Assembly (NCBI GenBank): GCA_003509785.1
Contig: DOMY01000041.1
Location: 13,480-57,279 of the forward strand
Source: Gemmobacter sp.
GTDB taxonomy: Bacteria; Pseudomonadota; Alphaproteobacteria; Rhodobacterales; Rhodobacteraceae
Length of the DNA: 43,800 nucleotides
Direction: 5' to 3'
The translations under genes were made by a program, and so were the position numbers. Under the pieces are notes generated by a model that had not been told where the DNA came from, ran no database searches, and saw only the letters and a list, made by a program, of their open reading frames with translations. Positions 1 through 9,443 of the stretch are shown here, in pieces (the first letter of the stretch is position 1; every line of letters begins with the position of its first letter).

Positions 1-1578
1 GTGAAGTTCGGCGGCGGCAAGGTGATCCGCGATGGCATGGGCCAGAGCCAGATCAGCCGGGCCGGCGGCGCGGCAGATACCGTGATCACAAACGCGCTGA
101 TCGTTGATCATACCGGCATCTACAAGGCGGATATCGGGCTGCGCGACGGCATCATTGCCGCCATCGGCAAGGCGGGCAACCCCGATACCCAGCCGGGTGT
201 CAGCATCATCATCGGGCCGTCCACCGATGTGATCGCCGGCGAAGGCCGCATCGTCACTGCCGGCGGCATGGATGCGCATATCCATTTCATCTGCCCGCAG
301 CAGGCCGAAGATGCGCTGCATTCGGGCGTGACCACCATGCTGGGCGGCGGCACCGGCCCGTCGCATGGCACCTTGGCCACCACCTGCACCCCCGGCCCCT
401 GGCATATCGGGCGGATGCTGCAGGCGGTGGATGCCATTCCGATGAACTTCGGGATTTCGGGCAAGGGCAATGCCTCGCTACCCGAAGGGCTGGTGGAAAT
501 GGTGAATGCCGGCGCCTGCGCCCTGAAGCTGCATGAAGACTGGGGCACCACTCCCGCCGCCATCGACTGCTGCCTGAGCGTGGCCGATGACATGGATGTG
601 CAGGTGATGATCCACACCGATACGCTGAACGAAAGCGGTTTCGTGGAAAATACCCTGGCCGCGATCAAGGGCCGCACCATCCACGCCTTTCATACCGAAG
701 GGGCGGGCGGTGGCCATGCGCCCGATATCATGCGCGTGGTCAGCAGCCAGAACGTGATCCCGTCTTCGACGAACCCGACGATGCCGTACACCGTGAACAC
801 GGTTGAGGAACATCTGGACATGCTGATGGTCTGCCATCACCTTGACCGGTCGATCCCCGAGGATGTGGCCTTTGCGGAAAGCCGCATCCGCAAGGAAACC
901 ATCGCCGCCGAAGATATCCTGCATGATATGGGGGCGTTTTCGGTGATCTCGTCCGACAGTCAGGCCATGGGGCGGATTGGCGAAGTGATTACCCGTACTT
1001 GGCAGACCGCCCACAAGATGAAGGTGCAGCGGGGCAGGCTGGCCGAGGAAACCGGCGCAAACGACAATTTCCGCGTCCGCCGCTATATCGCCAAATACAC
1101 CATCAATCCTGCGATAACACACGGACTTTCCCGCCATATCGGCAGCGTAGAGGTGGGCAAACGCGCCGATCTGGTGCTGTGGTCGCCTGCCTTCTTTGGC
1201 GCGAAACCGGACATGGTGTTGATGGGCGGAATGATCGTGCTGGCGCAGATGGGCGATCCGAATGGATCGATTCCGGTGCAGCCGATGTATTCACGCCCGA
1301 TGTTCGGTGCTTTGGGCAGGGCGCGGCATATGAGCTGTGCCACCTTCCTTTCGGGTGCGGCCATCGCCAATGGCGTGGGCGCCGAACTGGGCCTGCAGAA
1401 ACAGCTGTATGCGGCGCAGGGCACCCGCAGCATCGGCAAATCCGACATGAAGCTGAACGCCGCCACCCCGATGATCGAGGTGAACCCCGAAACCTATGAG
1501 GTGCGGGCGGATGGTGTTCTGCTGACCTGTGAACCCGCGAAAGAACTGCCGCTGGCACAGAGGTATTTCCTGTTCTAG
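1..1578 (+). CDS. ureC: Urease alpha subunit (5'-partial, runs off window start)
   Basis: Motifs [20 protein letters not shown] (Ni ligands), LKLHEDWG (carbamylated Lys), [19 protein letters not shown] flap, SSDSQAMG; ends LAQRYFLF. Confidence 0.98.
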   Translation: MKFGGGKVIRDGMGQSQISRAGGAADTVITNALIVDHTGIYKADIGLRDGIIAAIGKAGNPDTQPGVSIIIGPSTDVIAGEGRIVTAGGMDAHIHFICPQQAEDALHSGVTTMLGGGTGPSHGTLATTCTPGPWHIGRMLQAVDAIPMNFGISGKGNASLPEGLVEMVNAGACALKLHEDWGTTPAAIDCCLSVADDMDVQVMIHTDTLNESGFVENTLAAIKGRTIHAFHTEGAGGGHAPDIMRVVSSQNVIPSSTNPTMPYTVNTVEEHLDMLMVCHHLDRSIPEDVAFAESRIRKETIAAEDILHDMGAFSVISSDSQAMGRIGEVITRTWQTAHKMKVQRGRLAEETGANDNFRVRRYIAKYTINPAITHGLSRHIGSVEVGKRADLVLWSPAFFGAKPDMVLMGGMIVLAQMGDPNGSIPVQPMYSRPMFGALGRARHMSCATFLSGAAIANGVGAELGLQKQLYAAQGTRSIGKSDMKLNAATPMIEVNPETYEVRADGVLLTCEPAKELPLAQRYFLF

Positions 1579-1745
1579 TGCAAAGCCCTCCCCTGCCCGG
1601 CGCGACGGATTGGCCAGCCCGGCCGTGGCGCCGGGTGGGGGGTATCTTCCACCTCCAGCGCAAGCGCGGCTTCCCGTGCTTGAAGCTGGCGGATCTGGGC
1701 GCGCAGAGCGGCCAGTTCATCAAGAAGCGTCTGGTCGGCCATCAT
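1575..1745 (-). CDS. Small hypothetical protein (56 aa) with short coiled coil and C-terminal PRPGWPIRR motif
   Basis: Fills the ureC-ureE gap exactly; AAGGA SD just upstream of ATGATG; heptad-like [18 protein letters not shown]; TAG stop overlaps the ureC stop in CTAG 1575-1578. Confidence 0.7.
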   Translation of the reverse strand: MMADQTLLDELAALRAQIRQLQAREAALALEVEDTPHPAPRPGWPIRRAGQGRALH

Positions 1746-1792
1746 GGATTCCTTTTTGCCCAACCAGTTTGCGACCGGAGAGTTAACGAATC

Positions 1793-2296
1793 ATGGAACA
1801 GATCACCGCCCATTCCATCCTCCGCTCTGGCCACTGGCTGAAGGCGGATAGCCGCGTCATTCTGGGGTATGATACCCGGTTTCTGCGTCGCAAACGCTTG
1901 CAGGCCGAAGATGGCAGCAGCTTTCTGGTTGATCTGGGCGAAACCACCAGTCTGGACCATGGCGATGCCTTTCAGCTGTCCGATGGGCGGTTGATTGTGG
2001 TGATTGCCGCGCAGGAACCCGTGGTGCAGATCCGGGGCGATCTGCCGCGGCTGGCCTGGCATATCGGCAACCGCCATACGCCCTGCCAGATTGCGGGCGA
2101 TCATCTGGTGATCCGCCGTGACCATGTGCTGGAAAAGATGCTGACCGGCCTGGGGGCCGCGCTGACGCTGGCCGAGGCGCCTTTCCGCCCCGAAGGGGGG
2201 GCCTATGGCCACGGCCGCACCATGGGCCATGATCATGGTCCGGATTTTGGACATGGACACAGCCATGGCGATGGGCATTTCCATTTTCATGACTGA
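1793..2296 (+). CDS. ureE: Urease accessory Ni chaperone UreE
   Basis: YDTRFLRRKRL, AWHIGNRH, FRPEGGAY, His-rich C-terminal tail. Confidence 0.96.
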   Translation: MEQITAHSILRSGHWLKADSRVILGYDTRFLRRKRLQAEDGSSFLVDLGETTSLDHGDAFQLSDGRLIVVIAAQEPVVQIRGDLPRLAWHIGNRHTPCQIAGDHLVIRRDHVLEKMLTGLGAALTLAEAPFRPEGGAYGHGRTMGHDHGPDFGHGHSHGDGHFHFHD

Positions 2297-2921
2297 CGAT
2301 CGGCTGAAACTGCATCAATGGCTGTCGCCGGCTTTTCCGATCGGCGGTTTCGGCTATAGTCAGGGCCTGGAAGAGCCGATGGCAACCGGCATCATCCGCA
2401 CTGCCGCAGATGTGGAGGCTTGGGTGACCGCGATCCTGTGCCGCGGATCTGCGCGCACGGATGCGATCATCCTGGCTCATGCCCGGGCGGGGGCCGATTG
2501 CCAGATGCTGTCTGACCTGATCCTCAGCTATGCCAGCTGTGCCGAACGCGAAACCGAGCTGATGGAGCAGGGACGGGCTTTCTGTGCCCTGATCGGCGGG
2601 ATTACCGGGGCTGAGCTGCCACTGCTGCCCTATCCTGTCGCCGTAGGGGTGGCGACAGCCTCGTTGAATCTGGCCACGCAAGAGGTGCTGGCGCTGTTCC
2701 TGCATGGCTCTGCGGCACAGATGATTTCGGCGGCGACGCGGTTTCTGCCGCTGGGCCAGACCGAGGCTCAGGCGATGCTGACCAGACTGGCCCCTATTAT
2801 CAACGCGCTTGCGGCCGAGGCTGCAACCGCCCCGCTTGACAGCATCGGCACTTTTACCCCCGGTGCAGATATGGCTGCGATGCGCCATGAAACTTTGGAA
2901 GTCAGGATCTTTCGCACATGA
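2289..2921 (+). CDS. ureF: Urease accessory protein UreF
   Basis: [19 protein letters not shown] and C-terminal [12 protein letters not shown]; ATG 2289 overlaps the ureE end. Confidence 0.95.
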   Translation: MTDDRLKLHQWLSPAFPIGGFGYSQGLEEPMATGIIRTAADVEAWVTAILCRGSARTDAIILAHARAGADCQMLSDLILSYASCAERETELMEQGRAFCALIGGITGAELPLLPYPVAVGVATASLNLATQEVLALFLHGSAAQMISAATRFLPLGQTEAQAMLTRLAPIINALAAEAATAPLDSIGTFTPGADMAAMRHETLEVRIFRT

Positions 2922-3538
2922 CCAGCCCCAATGGCCCTCTTCGTGTTGGAATCGGTGGCCCTGTCGGCGCCGGCAAGACCACGCTGACGGAAAAGCTTTG
3001 CGCGGCGCTGGCCGACCGCTGTTCCATGGCAGTCATCACCAATGACATCTATACCCGTGAAGATGCGGACTACCTGACCCGCGCGCAGGTTCTGCCGGCC
3101 GCGCGTATCCGTGGCGTTGAAACTGGCGGCTGCCCGCATACCGCAATCCGCGAGGATGCCAGCATCAACCTGGCTGCCGTCGCCGATCTGCGCAGCGCCT
3201 TTGCGGATCTGGATCTGATCCTGATCGAATCCGGGGGCGATAATCTGGCAGCAACTTTCAGCCCGGAACTGGCCGATCTGTCGATCTATGTGATCGACAC
3301 TGCTGCAGGGCAGGATATCCCGCGCAAGAAGGGGCCAGGATTGGCGCGATCTGATCTGCTGGTTGTCAACAAAACCGATCTTGCACCTTATGTCGGCGTC
3401 GATCTGGCACAGCTGGAGGCCGATACGCAGATTGCCCGTGGTGCGCGACCCTATGTGATGGCCCGGCTGCGGCAAGGCCAAGGTGTTGAGAGTATTGTAA
3501 AATTTCTGCAAGAAGAAGGCGGTCTGATACTTCGTTGA
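2918..3538 (+). CDS. ureG: Urease accessory GTPase UreG
   Basis: [10 protein letters not shown]-loop, ETGGCPH, ESGGDNL, NKTD; ATGA overlap with ureF. Confidence 0.98.
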   Translation: MTSPNGPLRVGIGGPVGAGKTTLTEKLCAALADRCSMAVITNDIYTREDADYLTRAQVLPAARIRGVETGGCPHTAIREDASINLAAVADLRSAFADLDLILIESGGDNLAATFSPELADLSIYVIDTAAGQDIPRKKGPGLARSDLLVVNKTDLAPYVGVDLAQLEADTQIARGARPYVMARLRQGQGVESIVKFLQEEGGLILR

Positions 3539-3648
3539 CATGAAAACCGACATGCAAAATTAACACTTTGGTCGGATTTCCCTGAGGTCGTACTTGCGTG
3601 GTGGGCAGGGCAGCGCCAAGTTGAAGACAGATACAGTCAGGAACCGTA

Positions 3649-3960
3649 ATGTTTGTAACGCCCAATGAAGCCTTTTCTCTGTCCATGCAGACCAGCCTGA
3701 TGCTGGCCGAGGCACAGGCAGTTATCGCGATGCGGCTTTGGGGCATGGCAGGGCTCTGGAATGTAGCGCCCGAAGAAACCATGCGTATGGTCGAAGAAAA
3801 GACCCAAGCCATGACTGAATCCGCGTTTTCTGCGGGTCAGGCCGCAATGAGTGGGGCTGGCGCTGCAGCTGTTGCGATGGCTGCATTGAAGCCAGTGCGC
3901 AAGCGCACCAGCTCCAACATGAAACGTTTGCAGAAACGCGGGCCTGGCCTGCCGTTCTGA
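3649..3960 (+). CDS. Conserved Ala/Met-rich hypothetical protein (family often auto-annotated 'antifreeze protein' in Rhodobacteraceae)
   Basis: AGGA SD upstream; pattern EAQAVIAMRLWGMAG...RMVEEK...NMKRL recalled from an alphaproteobacterial family; function not inferable. Confidence 0.75.
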   Translation: MFVTPNEAFSLSMQTSLMLAEAQAVIAMRLWGMAGLWNVAPEETMRMVEEKTQAMTESAFSAGQAAMSGAGAAAVAMAALKPVRKRTSSNMKRLQKRGPGLPF

Positions 3961-3970
3961 CCTGTGGGGA

Positions 3971-4594
3971 TCAATGCGACAGCGCTTGATCGCCCCAGAC
4001 TTGGGCAAGGCGCGCATCGCGGCCACATCCTTCACGGTAGAATTGATATGCGTTCTTCTTCTGCATCGGCCCGCCGCGCGTAAGCACGATATCTGACGAT
4101 TTGTAGTAATCCTGATGATATTCCTCGGCTGGCCAGAAGTCGCCAGCTGACAACACAGGTGTCACAACCTTCTGACCAAGAACCTTCGCCGCTTCGGCAA
4201 TGGCAGCCTCGGCTGTTGCACGCTCAGCCTCTGTCGCTACGAAAATTGCAGTGCGATAGGTATCGCCCCGGTCGCAGAACTGGCCGCCGGCATCTGTGAC
4301 ATCAATAGAACGCAAGAATTTGTGCATCAGATCTGCGTAAGAGATCACGGCATCGTCGTAGGTGATCTGCACCGCTTCGAAATGCCCGGTACCGCCATTG
4401 ACCACCTGCTTGTAAGTCGGCCCCTCTACGGTGCCACCCGTGAAACCAGAGACCACATCCTTTACACCCTGGACCTTTTCGAAATCAGCCTCGACACACC
4501 AGAAACAGCCGCCGGCCACCACAGCCTTGCGGATTTCGGCCTGCGCCCCCGTTGCCATAAGGGTAAGGCCCACAGTCAATGCAATCAGCTTCAT
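3971..4594 (-). CDS. msrA: Peptide-methionine (S)-S-oxide reductase MsrA, exported form
   Basis: GGCFWC active site, TGHFEAVQI, GQFCDRG, AEEYHQDY; AGGAGG SD before ATG 4594; signal peptide ending AQA. Confidence 0.95.
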   Translation of the reverse strand: MKLIALTVGLTLMATGAQAEIRKAVVAGGCFWCVEADFEKVQGVKDVVSGFTGGTVEGPTYKQVVNGGTGHFEAVQITYDDAVISYADLMHKFLRSIDVTDAGGQFCDRGDTYRTAIFVATEAERATAEAAIAEAAKVLGQKVVTPVLSAGDFWPAEEYHQDYYKSSDIVLTRGGPMQKKNAYQFYREGCGRDARLAQVWGDQALSH

Positions 4595-4645
4595 GTTTAT
4601 CCTCCTGTCGCTGTGGCAAAGCTGTTCCGGAAGCCCAATCCGGGC

Positions 4646-4674
4646 AACACAAGCCTGCGTGAGGCACATGTCAA
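4646..4674 (-). promoter_or_regulatory. Candidate sigma70 promoter of msrA
   Basis: Perfect TTGACA (4674-4669), 17-nt spacer, weak -10 TGTGTT. Confidence 0.3.
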
Positions 4675-4676
4675 AG

Positions 4677-5288
4677 TCAGCGTGGACGACGAAGGTAGAC
4701 GTAATAGGCGCCTGCGCCGCCGTGCTTCAGATGCGCCTCTGACACCTGCAGAACACAGGGTCCGAGGGGAGGCAGATGGAGCCAACGCGGCACCTGATGT
4801 TTCAGAATACCATAGCGCGTCGGGATGGGGCCATGATCTGGCCCCTGTTTTCCCTTGCCGGTGATGACGAGGACCAGCCGGTATCCAGTGCCCCAGCTGT
4901 TCAGGATGAAGCGGATCAATTCGGGATGCGCTTCGGCCACCGTCATGCCATGAAGATCGATCCGCGCTTCGGGCGACAGTTTGCCGCGGATCATGCGGTC
5001 ATGGTTCTTGCGATCCATCAACACAGGCGCAGTGGCAAGACGTTCGGCAAGCGGAGCCAGCACGTCGACCATGGGTTTGGCCTGGCTACGCTCGCCAATG
5101 CGAAAACGGTTCAGGCCTGGGGCCGGCGGGATCGGCTGCACCTCGGGCTTATGGAAGGCAGCAGGCGGCTCTGCGGGCGTGGCTTCGGGTTTGCGCAGGA
5201 ATACCGCACCGTGCATCGGGCGGGCTGTGCGGGCAACAGCTTGCCACAGCTCCTGTTCTTCGGGGCGGAGGGATCGGCGGAGGCTCAT
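4677..5288 (-). CDS. Smr/MutS2-domain protein
   Basis: IDLHGMT, VLVITGKG, HGGAGAYYVYL; typical position after mltA. Confidence 0.93.
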   Translation of the reverse strand: MSLRRSLRPEEQELWQAVARTARPMHGAVFLRKPEATPAEPPAAFHKPEVQPIPPAPGLNRFRIGERSQAKPMVDVLAPLAERLATAPVLMDRKNHDRMIRGKLSPEARIDLHGMTVAEAHPELIRFILNSWGTGYRLVLVITGKGKQGPDHGPIPTRYGILKHQVPRWLHLPPLGPCVLQVSEAHLKHGGAGAYYVYLRRPR

Positions 5289-6325
5289 GGGATCGGCTCG
5301 GCACTCGCAAAGGCAAGGTCAATCGGCAGCAACATCAGCATCCGGCCACCATCCTTGACGACGCCGGCCGCATCGCCGGCCGCATCACCCGTGCCATAGT
5401 AGATATCAGCCCGCTGCGCGCCCTTGATGGCGCCACCGGTATCCTGCGCCACCATCAACCGCCGCAAAGGGGCACGGCCATCCTTTTCGATCCAGACCGG
5501 CGCCCCCAAGAGATTGAAGGCAGGATCAACGGCCACCGACCGCATCGGGGTGATAGACCGGCCCATGGCCCCAATCGGGCCCTTGTCAGCGGCCAAGTCG
5601 GGCAGACGACGGAAGAAGACGTAAGAAGGATTATGGTCAAGCAAGGCATTGCCCGGAGCCGGGTTCCGTTTAACCCAGCCACGGATCGTCTGTGCCGAGA
5701 CCTGATCGGCGGTGTAGGTGCCGCGGCGAACCAGTTCCTGCCCGACAGAACGGTAGGGGTGCCCATTCTTCCCGCCATAGCCCACACGCAGCACACGTCC
5801 ATCCGGCATCCGGATGCGGCCTGAGCCCTGGATATGCAGGAAAAATACATCAACCGGATCTTCAAGCCAGGCAATCTCAAGCCCGCGCCCACGCAACACC
5901 CCGGATTCGATCACCTGCCGCGAGTGATATTGAACCCCATCACGAAGTTCGGGCGGGCGGGCATAGAAAGGATAGGCAAAGCGCGGCGTTCGAGTAGGCG
6001 AGCCGTCCAGCAGGGGTTCATAATAGCCGGTGAACAGGGCAGGTGGGCGACCGATCAGCACCGGGCGAAAGAACAGCTCGAAAAACGCGCGGGCACTTTC
6101 GGTGCTGCCGTCAGCATCGCGGGCCAAAGCGCAAGGTGGCCCCCATTCGGGGGCCTTCAGCAGATTACAGGTTTCCAGAAAGGTGGTCAGAGCCGGGCGC
6201 TGATCATCATCGGACCAGCCATCAAGCTCTTCAAAGGTAAGTACCTGCTGCGCAGCCGCCATTACACCCGCACCCAGCCAGAGCGCGGTTGCCGTGGCAG
6301 CAATGCGAGCCAGAGCACGCATCAC
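5285..6325 (-). CDS. mltA: Murein lytic transglycosylase MltA
   Basis: FTGYYEP, HIQGSG, NPSYVFF, AQDTGGAIKG..RADIY (3D domain). Confidence 0.95.
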   Translation of the reverse strand: MMRALARIAATATALWLGAGVMAAAQQVLTFEELDGWSDDDQRPALTTFLETCNLLKAPEWGPPCALARDADGSTESARAFFELFFRPVLIGRPPALFTGYYEPLLDGSPTRTPRFAYPFYARPPELRDGVQYHSRQVIESGVLRGRGLEIAWLEDPVDVFFLHIQGSGRIRMPDGRVLRVGYGGKNGHPYRSVGQELVRRGTYTADQVSAQTIRGWVKRNPAPGNALLDHNPSYVFFRRLPDLAADKGPIGAMGRSITPMRSVAVDPAFNLLGAPVWIEKDGRAPLRRLMVAQDTGGAIKGAQRADIYYGTGDAAGDAAGVVKDGGRMLMLLPIDLAFASAEPIP

Positions 6326-6984
6326 TCCCCGGTCGCGGTAAGTTGCCAGTTGGGATCAGCGGAGCCCATGTTGCGCGAGAAGGTCCAGACATCGCGTTGG
6401 CGCTTTGCGGCCGTCGGGCTGCCTTCGATCACTGTGCCATTGGCGTCGCGCACAACGGTCGTCAGCTCGCCTACAAAGCGCACCGTGATTTCGCCCAGCC
6501 GTGTATCACGATCAAACGTGGCTTCATGCAGCGCCATTTCGCGCAAGCCGACGAAATTCGCATCAACCGTCAGACCCTGGGCCTCGCGTGCGGCAACAGC
6601 TTCGGCGAAGCTGTCATAGACATCTGGCGAAAGGAACGGCTTGACCTGTGCCAGATCACCACGCTCGAATGCCATCAGGATCATTTCATAAGCGCCGCGT
6701 GCGCCCTGCAGGAAGGTACCCACAGAAAAATCAGGTTCCGCAAGTTTCATCCCCGCCAGCGCAACTGCCGAAGGCGAGCCGTCTGCCACGTGATCGGTAA
6801 TGTCACGATCCGGGCCGCCTTCGATCACCTCGAAATTACGGGCAGAGGTGCGGGCAGGCTCTGGCTCGGCCGGAAGAGGAGGCTTTTCAAAACCTTCACG
6901 GGTGCCCAGCACATTGCGGAGCTTGAGGATAAGAAAGACCGCGACCCCGGCAAGTACCAGGAGCTGGATCAATGAACTGTTCAT
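6322..6984 (-). CDS. Tim44/TimA family membrane-anchored protein
   Basis: N-terminal TM followed by LRNVLGTREGFE, FLQGARGAYEMI, DVWTFSR..DPNWQL; GAGGT SD before ATG 6984. Confidence 0.92.
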   Translation of the reverse strand: MNSSLIQLLVLAGVAVFLILKLRNVLGTREGFEKPPLPAEPEPARTSARNFEVIEGGPDRDITDHVADGSPSAVALAGMKLAEPDFSVGTFLQGARGAYEMILMAFERGDLAQVKPFLSPDVYDSFAEAVAAREAQGLTVDANFVGLREMALHEATFDRDTRLGEITVRFVGELTTVVRDANGTVIEGSPTAAKRQRDVWTFSRNMGSADPNWQLTATGE

Positions 6985-7044
6985 ACAGACCTCGACCGGC
7001 AAAGGGATGGTATCCGGGGGTTGGTATCCGGCACCGATGATCCT

Positions 7045-7073
7045 TATGTAGGGAAGGGGGTTGCACAAGTCCA
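7045..7073 (-). promoter_or_regulatory. Candidate sigma70/RpoH-type promoter of tim44-mltA-smr
   Basis: Minus strand TGGACT-N17-TACATA with CCCTACAT extended -10 resembling alphaproteobacterial RpoH boxes. Confidence 0.45.
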
Positions 7074-7109
7074 CCTGCTGCTGCCCGGAAGTTTATGCGA
7101 GAGGATATC

Positions 7110-7586
7110 ATGCGGCTGTTTGGCCCGTTCATTGTGCTGATTTTGATCGAGATTGCGCTGTTCATCACCCTTGGCGGGGCGATCGGGCTTTTGCCATCGC
7201 TGGCGGTGATCTTCGGCACCGGGATTCTGGGCGTTGCCGTGATGCGGCGACAGGGGCGCCGTGCTGCGCTGGATCTGCGGGCTGCGCTGGACGGCATCCG
7301 CAAGCCCACAGCCCCTCCGGCTGATGTGCTGGTGGTGTTTCTGGCCGGGCTGCTTCTGGTTTCGCCCGGCTTTCTGGCAGATGCGCTAGGTCTTTTGCTG
7401 CTGATCCCGCCACTGCGGCGGGCCTTGATCGCAGTAGTGGCCAAGCGGATGCCTGTTCAGACGACTGCTGGCTTTGGCGTCCATCAGACCGGGCGGCCAG
7501 ATGTGGTGATCGACGGCGAGTTCATCGAGATCGAGCAAACGCAGGCGCCGCAAGACCGTGGCCCTTCTGGCTGGACCCGACCCTAA
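7110..7586 (+). CDS. fxsA: FxsA family membrane protein
   Basis: LIEIALFI, LLVSPGFLADALGLLLLIPPLR, VIDGEF; GAGGA SD; lies upstream of secB. Confidence 0.92.
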   Translation: MRLFGPFIVLILIEIALFITLGGAIGLLPSLAVIFGTGILGVAVMRRQGRRAALDLRAALDGIRKPTAPPADVLVVFLAGLLLVSPGFLADALGLLLLIPPLRRALIAVVAKRMPVQTTAGFGVHQTGRPDVVIDGEFIEIEQTQAPQDRGPSGWTRP

Positions 7587-7663
7587 AACGCCGCGGGCAT
7601 TGAGAGGTGGGATTTCTGCTGCTACAGAAGGATCAGCCCTACAGGGAACAGCAGGAGAGACCG

Positions 7664-8158
7664 ATGACCGAGGCCAATGGCGCGACGCCCGGCGCAGCCC
7701 CGCAAGTGAAGATGAGCGTGCTTGCACAATATGTGCGCGATATGTCGTTCGAAAACATGGTGGCCCAGAAGGGCCTGACGAATGGCGACGTGCAGCCAGA
7801 TATTCAGGTGGCCGTAAGTCTGGACGCCCGTAAGCGCCCTGCGGATCACCAGTATGAGGTGATCAACAAGTTTCGCGTCACGTCGAAGAACAAAGTCGGT
7901 GGCGAAACGCTGTTCCTGCTGGAGCTGGAATATGGTGGCATCTTTCATGTGGAAGGCGTGCCCGATGAACAGCTGCACCCCTTCCTGCTGATCGAATGCC
8001 CGCGCCTGCTGTTTCCGTTCGTGCGGCGTATTATCTCGGATGTGACGCGTGATGGTGGCTTCCCGCCGCTGAACATCGATACGGTGGATTATCTGGCCCT
8101 GTATCGGCAGGAGCTGGCACGCCGGGCACAGGCTCAGCAGCCAGAACAGGTGCAGTGA
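7664..8158 (+). CDS. secB: Protein-export chaperone SecB
   Basis: QYVRDMSFEN, ECPRLLFPFVR, GGFPPL; AGGAG SD before ATG 7664. Confidence 0.97.
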   Translation: MTEANGATPGAAPQVKMSVLAQYVRDMSFENMVAQKGLTNGDVQPDIQVAVSLDARKRPADHQYEVINKFRVTSKNKVGGETLFLLELEYGGIFHVEGVPDEQLHPFLLIECPRLLFPFVRRIISDVTRDGGFPPLNIDTVDYLALYRQELARRAQAQQPEQVQ

Positions 8159-8857
8159 TCAGCTGCGTTTGAACCAGATCGCACTGTCGCCCATCTTTGC
8201 CACAAAGGCCTGATGGGCGGCGGTTTCCTCTTCGGTCAACCGTGGAGGCAACGCAGATGGGCGCGGGCGTGGGCGCCAGGATGGATCTGCTGTCGTATCG
8301 ACAATTTGCCGCACCGCCGGTGCAGATGCCAGAACCAGATCGGGTTGCCGACCGCCGATCAGTTCCAGATAGACCTCTGCCAGAATTTCACTATCAAGCA
8401 AGGCGCCGTGCTTTTCGCGCATCGAATTGTCGATGCCAAAACGGCGACAGAGCGCGTCCAGCGAGGCAGGCGAGCCCGGAAATTTTCTGCGGGCCATCGC
8501 CACAGTATCCAGCGCCTGATCATTGGGCAGCGTGGGAAAACCATGGGTCCGCAATTCCCAGTTCAGGAATTTCATGTCGAAAGCAGCGTTGTGGATGATC
8601 ATCTTCGACGTGCCGACGAAATCGAGAAAGTTCTGTGCCTCTTGCCGGAACAACGGTTTGTCGCGCAGAAAATCATCCCCCAGACCATGCACCTCGAATG
8701 CTTCTTTTGGCATGGGGCGCTGAGGGTTGAGGTATACGTGAAAGGTGCGGCCCGTGGGGAGGTGGTTCAACAGTTCTACCGCACCGATTTCAACGATGCG
8801 GTGGCCTTCGGACGGCTCGAACCCCGTGGTTTCGGTATCAAGGACGATTTCACGCAT
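8159..8857 (-). CDS. dnaQ: DNA polymerase III epsilon subunit
   Basis: MREIVLDTETTG, HNAAFD, HGALLD exonuclease motifs. Confidence 0.97.
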   Translation of the reverse strand: MREIVLDTETTGFEPSEGHRIVEIGAVELLNHLPTGRTFHVYLNPQRPMPKEAFEVHGLGDDFLRDKPLFRQEAQNFLDFVGTSKMIIHNAAFDMKFLNWELRTHGFPTLPNDQALDTVAMARRKFPGSPASLDALCRRFGIDNSMREKHGALLDSEILAEVYLELIGGRQPDLVLASAPAVRQIVDTTADPSWRPRPRPSALPPRLTEEETAAHQAFVAKMGDSAIWFKRS

Positions 8858-9443
8858 GGCGGGTTTCCCGGATATAGGCGATCAGTGCCTCGACCGCCGC
8901 TTCGACGGCACGCAAGCTGAGCGTTTCTATGATGTGATTGGCGCGCGCGCGCTTTTCTGAATCAGGCATCTGACGTGCCAGTATCAAGGCAAACTGTGCC
9001 TCGGTCATGCCGGGACGTGCCAGAACGCGGGCGCGCTGCAACTCTGCTGGGGCCGTGACCAGCAGCACTGCATCCATTTCAGATTCTGACTTCTTTTCAA
9101 ACAGCAAGGGAATGTCGAATACAGCAATATCAGCAGTACATTCCTGCAGAAAATCAGCGCGATCCTGCGCGACCAATGGGTGTATGATGGCCTCCAGCCG
9201 AGGCAGTTGCGCAGGATCTGCCTGAAGCAACCGCTTCAACGTTTCACGTGAAACACTCCCGTCTTGCACGGCGGCCGGAAAAACAGCCCCCAAGGGGGCG
9301 ACCCCAGCGCCACCACTCGCATAGAGCCGATGAACTGCAGCGTCAGCATCCCAGACTGGAAGACCTGCCCTGCGAAAGAAATCTGCTGTGGTGGATTTTC
9401 CCATACCGATGGAACCGGTAAGGCCAAGGCGAAAGGTTTTCAT
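8850..9443 (-). CDS. coaE: Dephospho-CoA kinase
   Basis: GLTGSIGMGKST, WDADAAVH, IIHPLV, DIPLLFE. Confidence 0.96.
   Translation of the reverse strand: MKTFRLGLTGSIGMGKSTTADFFRRAGLPVWDADAAVHRLYASGGAGVAPLGAVFPAAVQDGSVSRETLKRLLQADPAQLPRLEAIIHPLVAQDRADFLQECTADIAVFDIPLLFEKKSESEMDAVLLVTAPAELQRARVLARPGMTEAQFALILARQMPDSEKRARANHIIETLSLRAVEAAVEALIAYIRETRHA
9240..9255. promoter_or_regulatory. parS centromere site inside coaE
   Basis: CGTTTCACGTGAAACA; perfect 14-bp core; encodes VSRET. Confidence 0.9.

Noticed and set aside
1741-1797. 8-bp direct repeat ATCATGGA as a target-site duplication
   Set aside because: Flanks only the spacer, not the inserted gene; no transposase or terminal repeats; both copies coincide with start codons
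1857-2888. 343-aa antisense ORF over ureE/ureF
   Set aside because: Shadow of GC-rich coding sequence; no motifs; fully overlaps confident genes
7941-7956. parS-like TTTCATGTGGAAG in secB (and half-sites at about 4440, 8735 and 9627)
   Set aside because: Outer GTT/AAC arms missing or too many mismatches; explained by FHV codons
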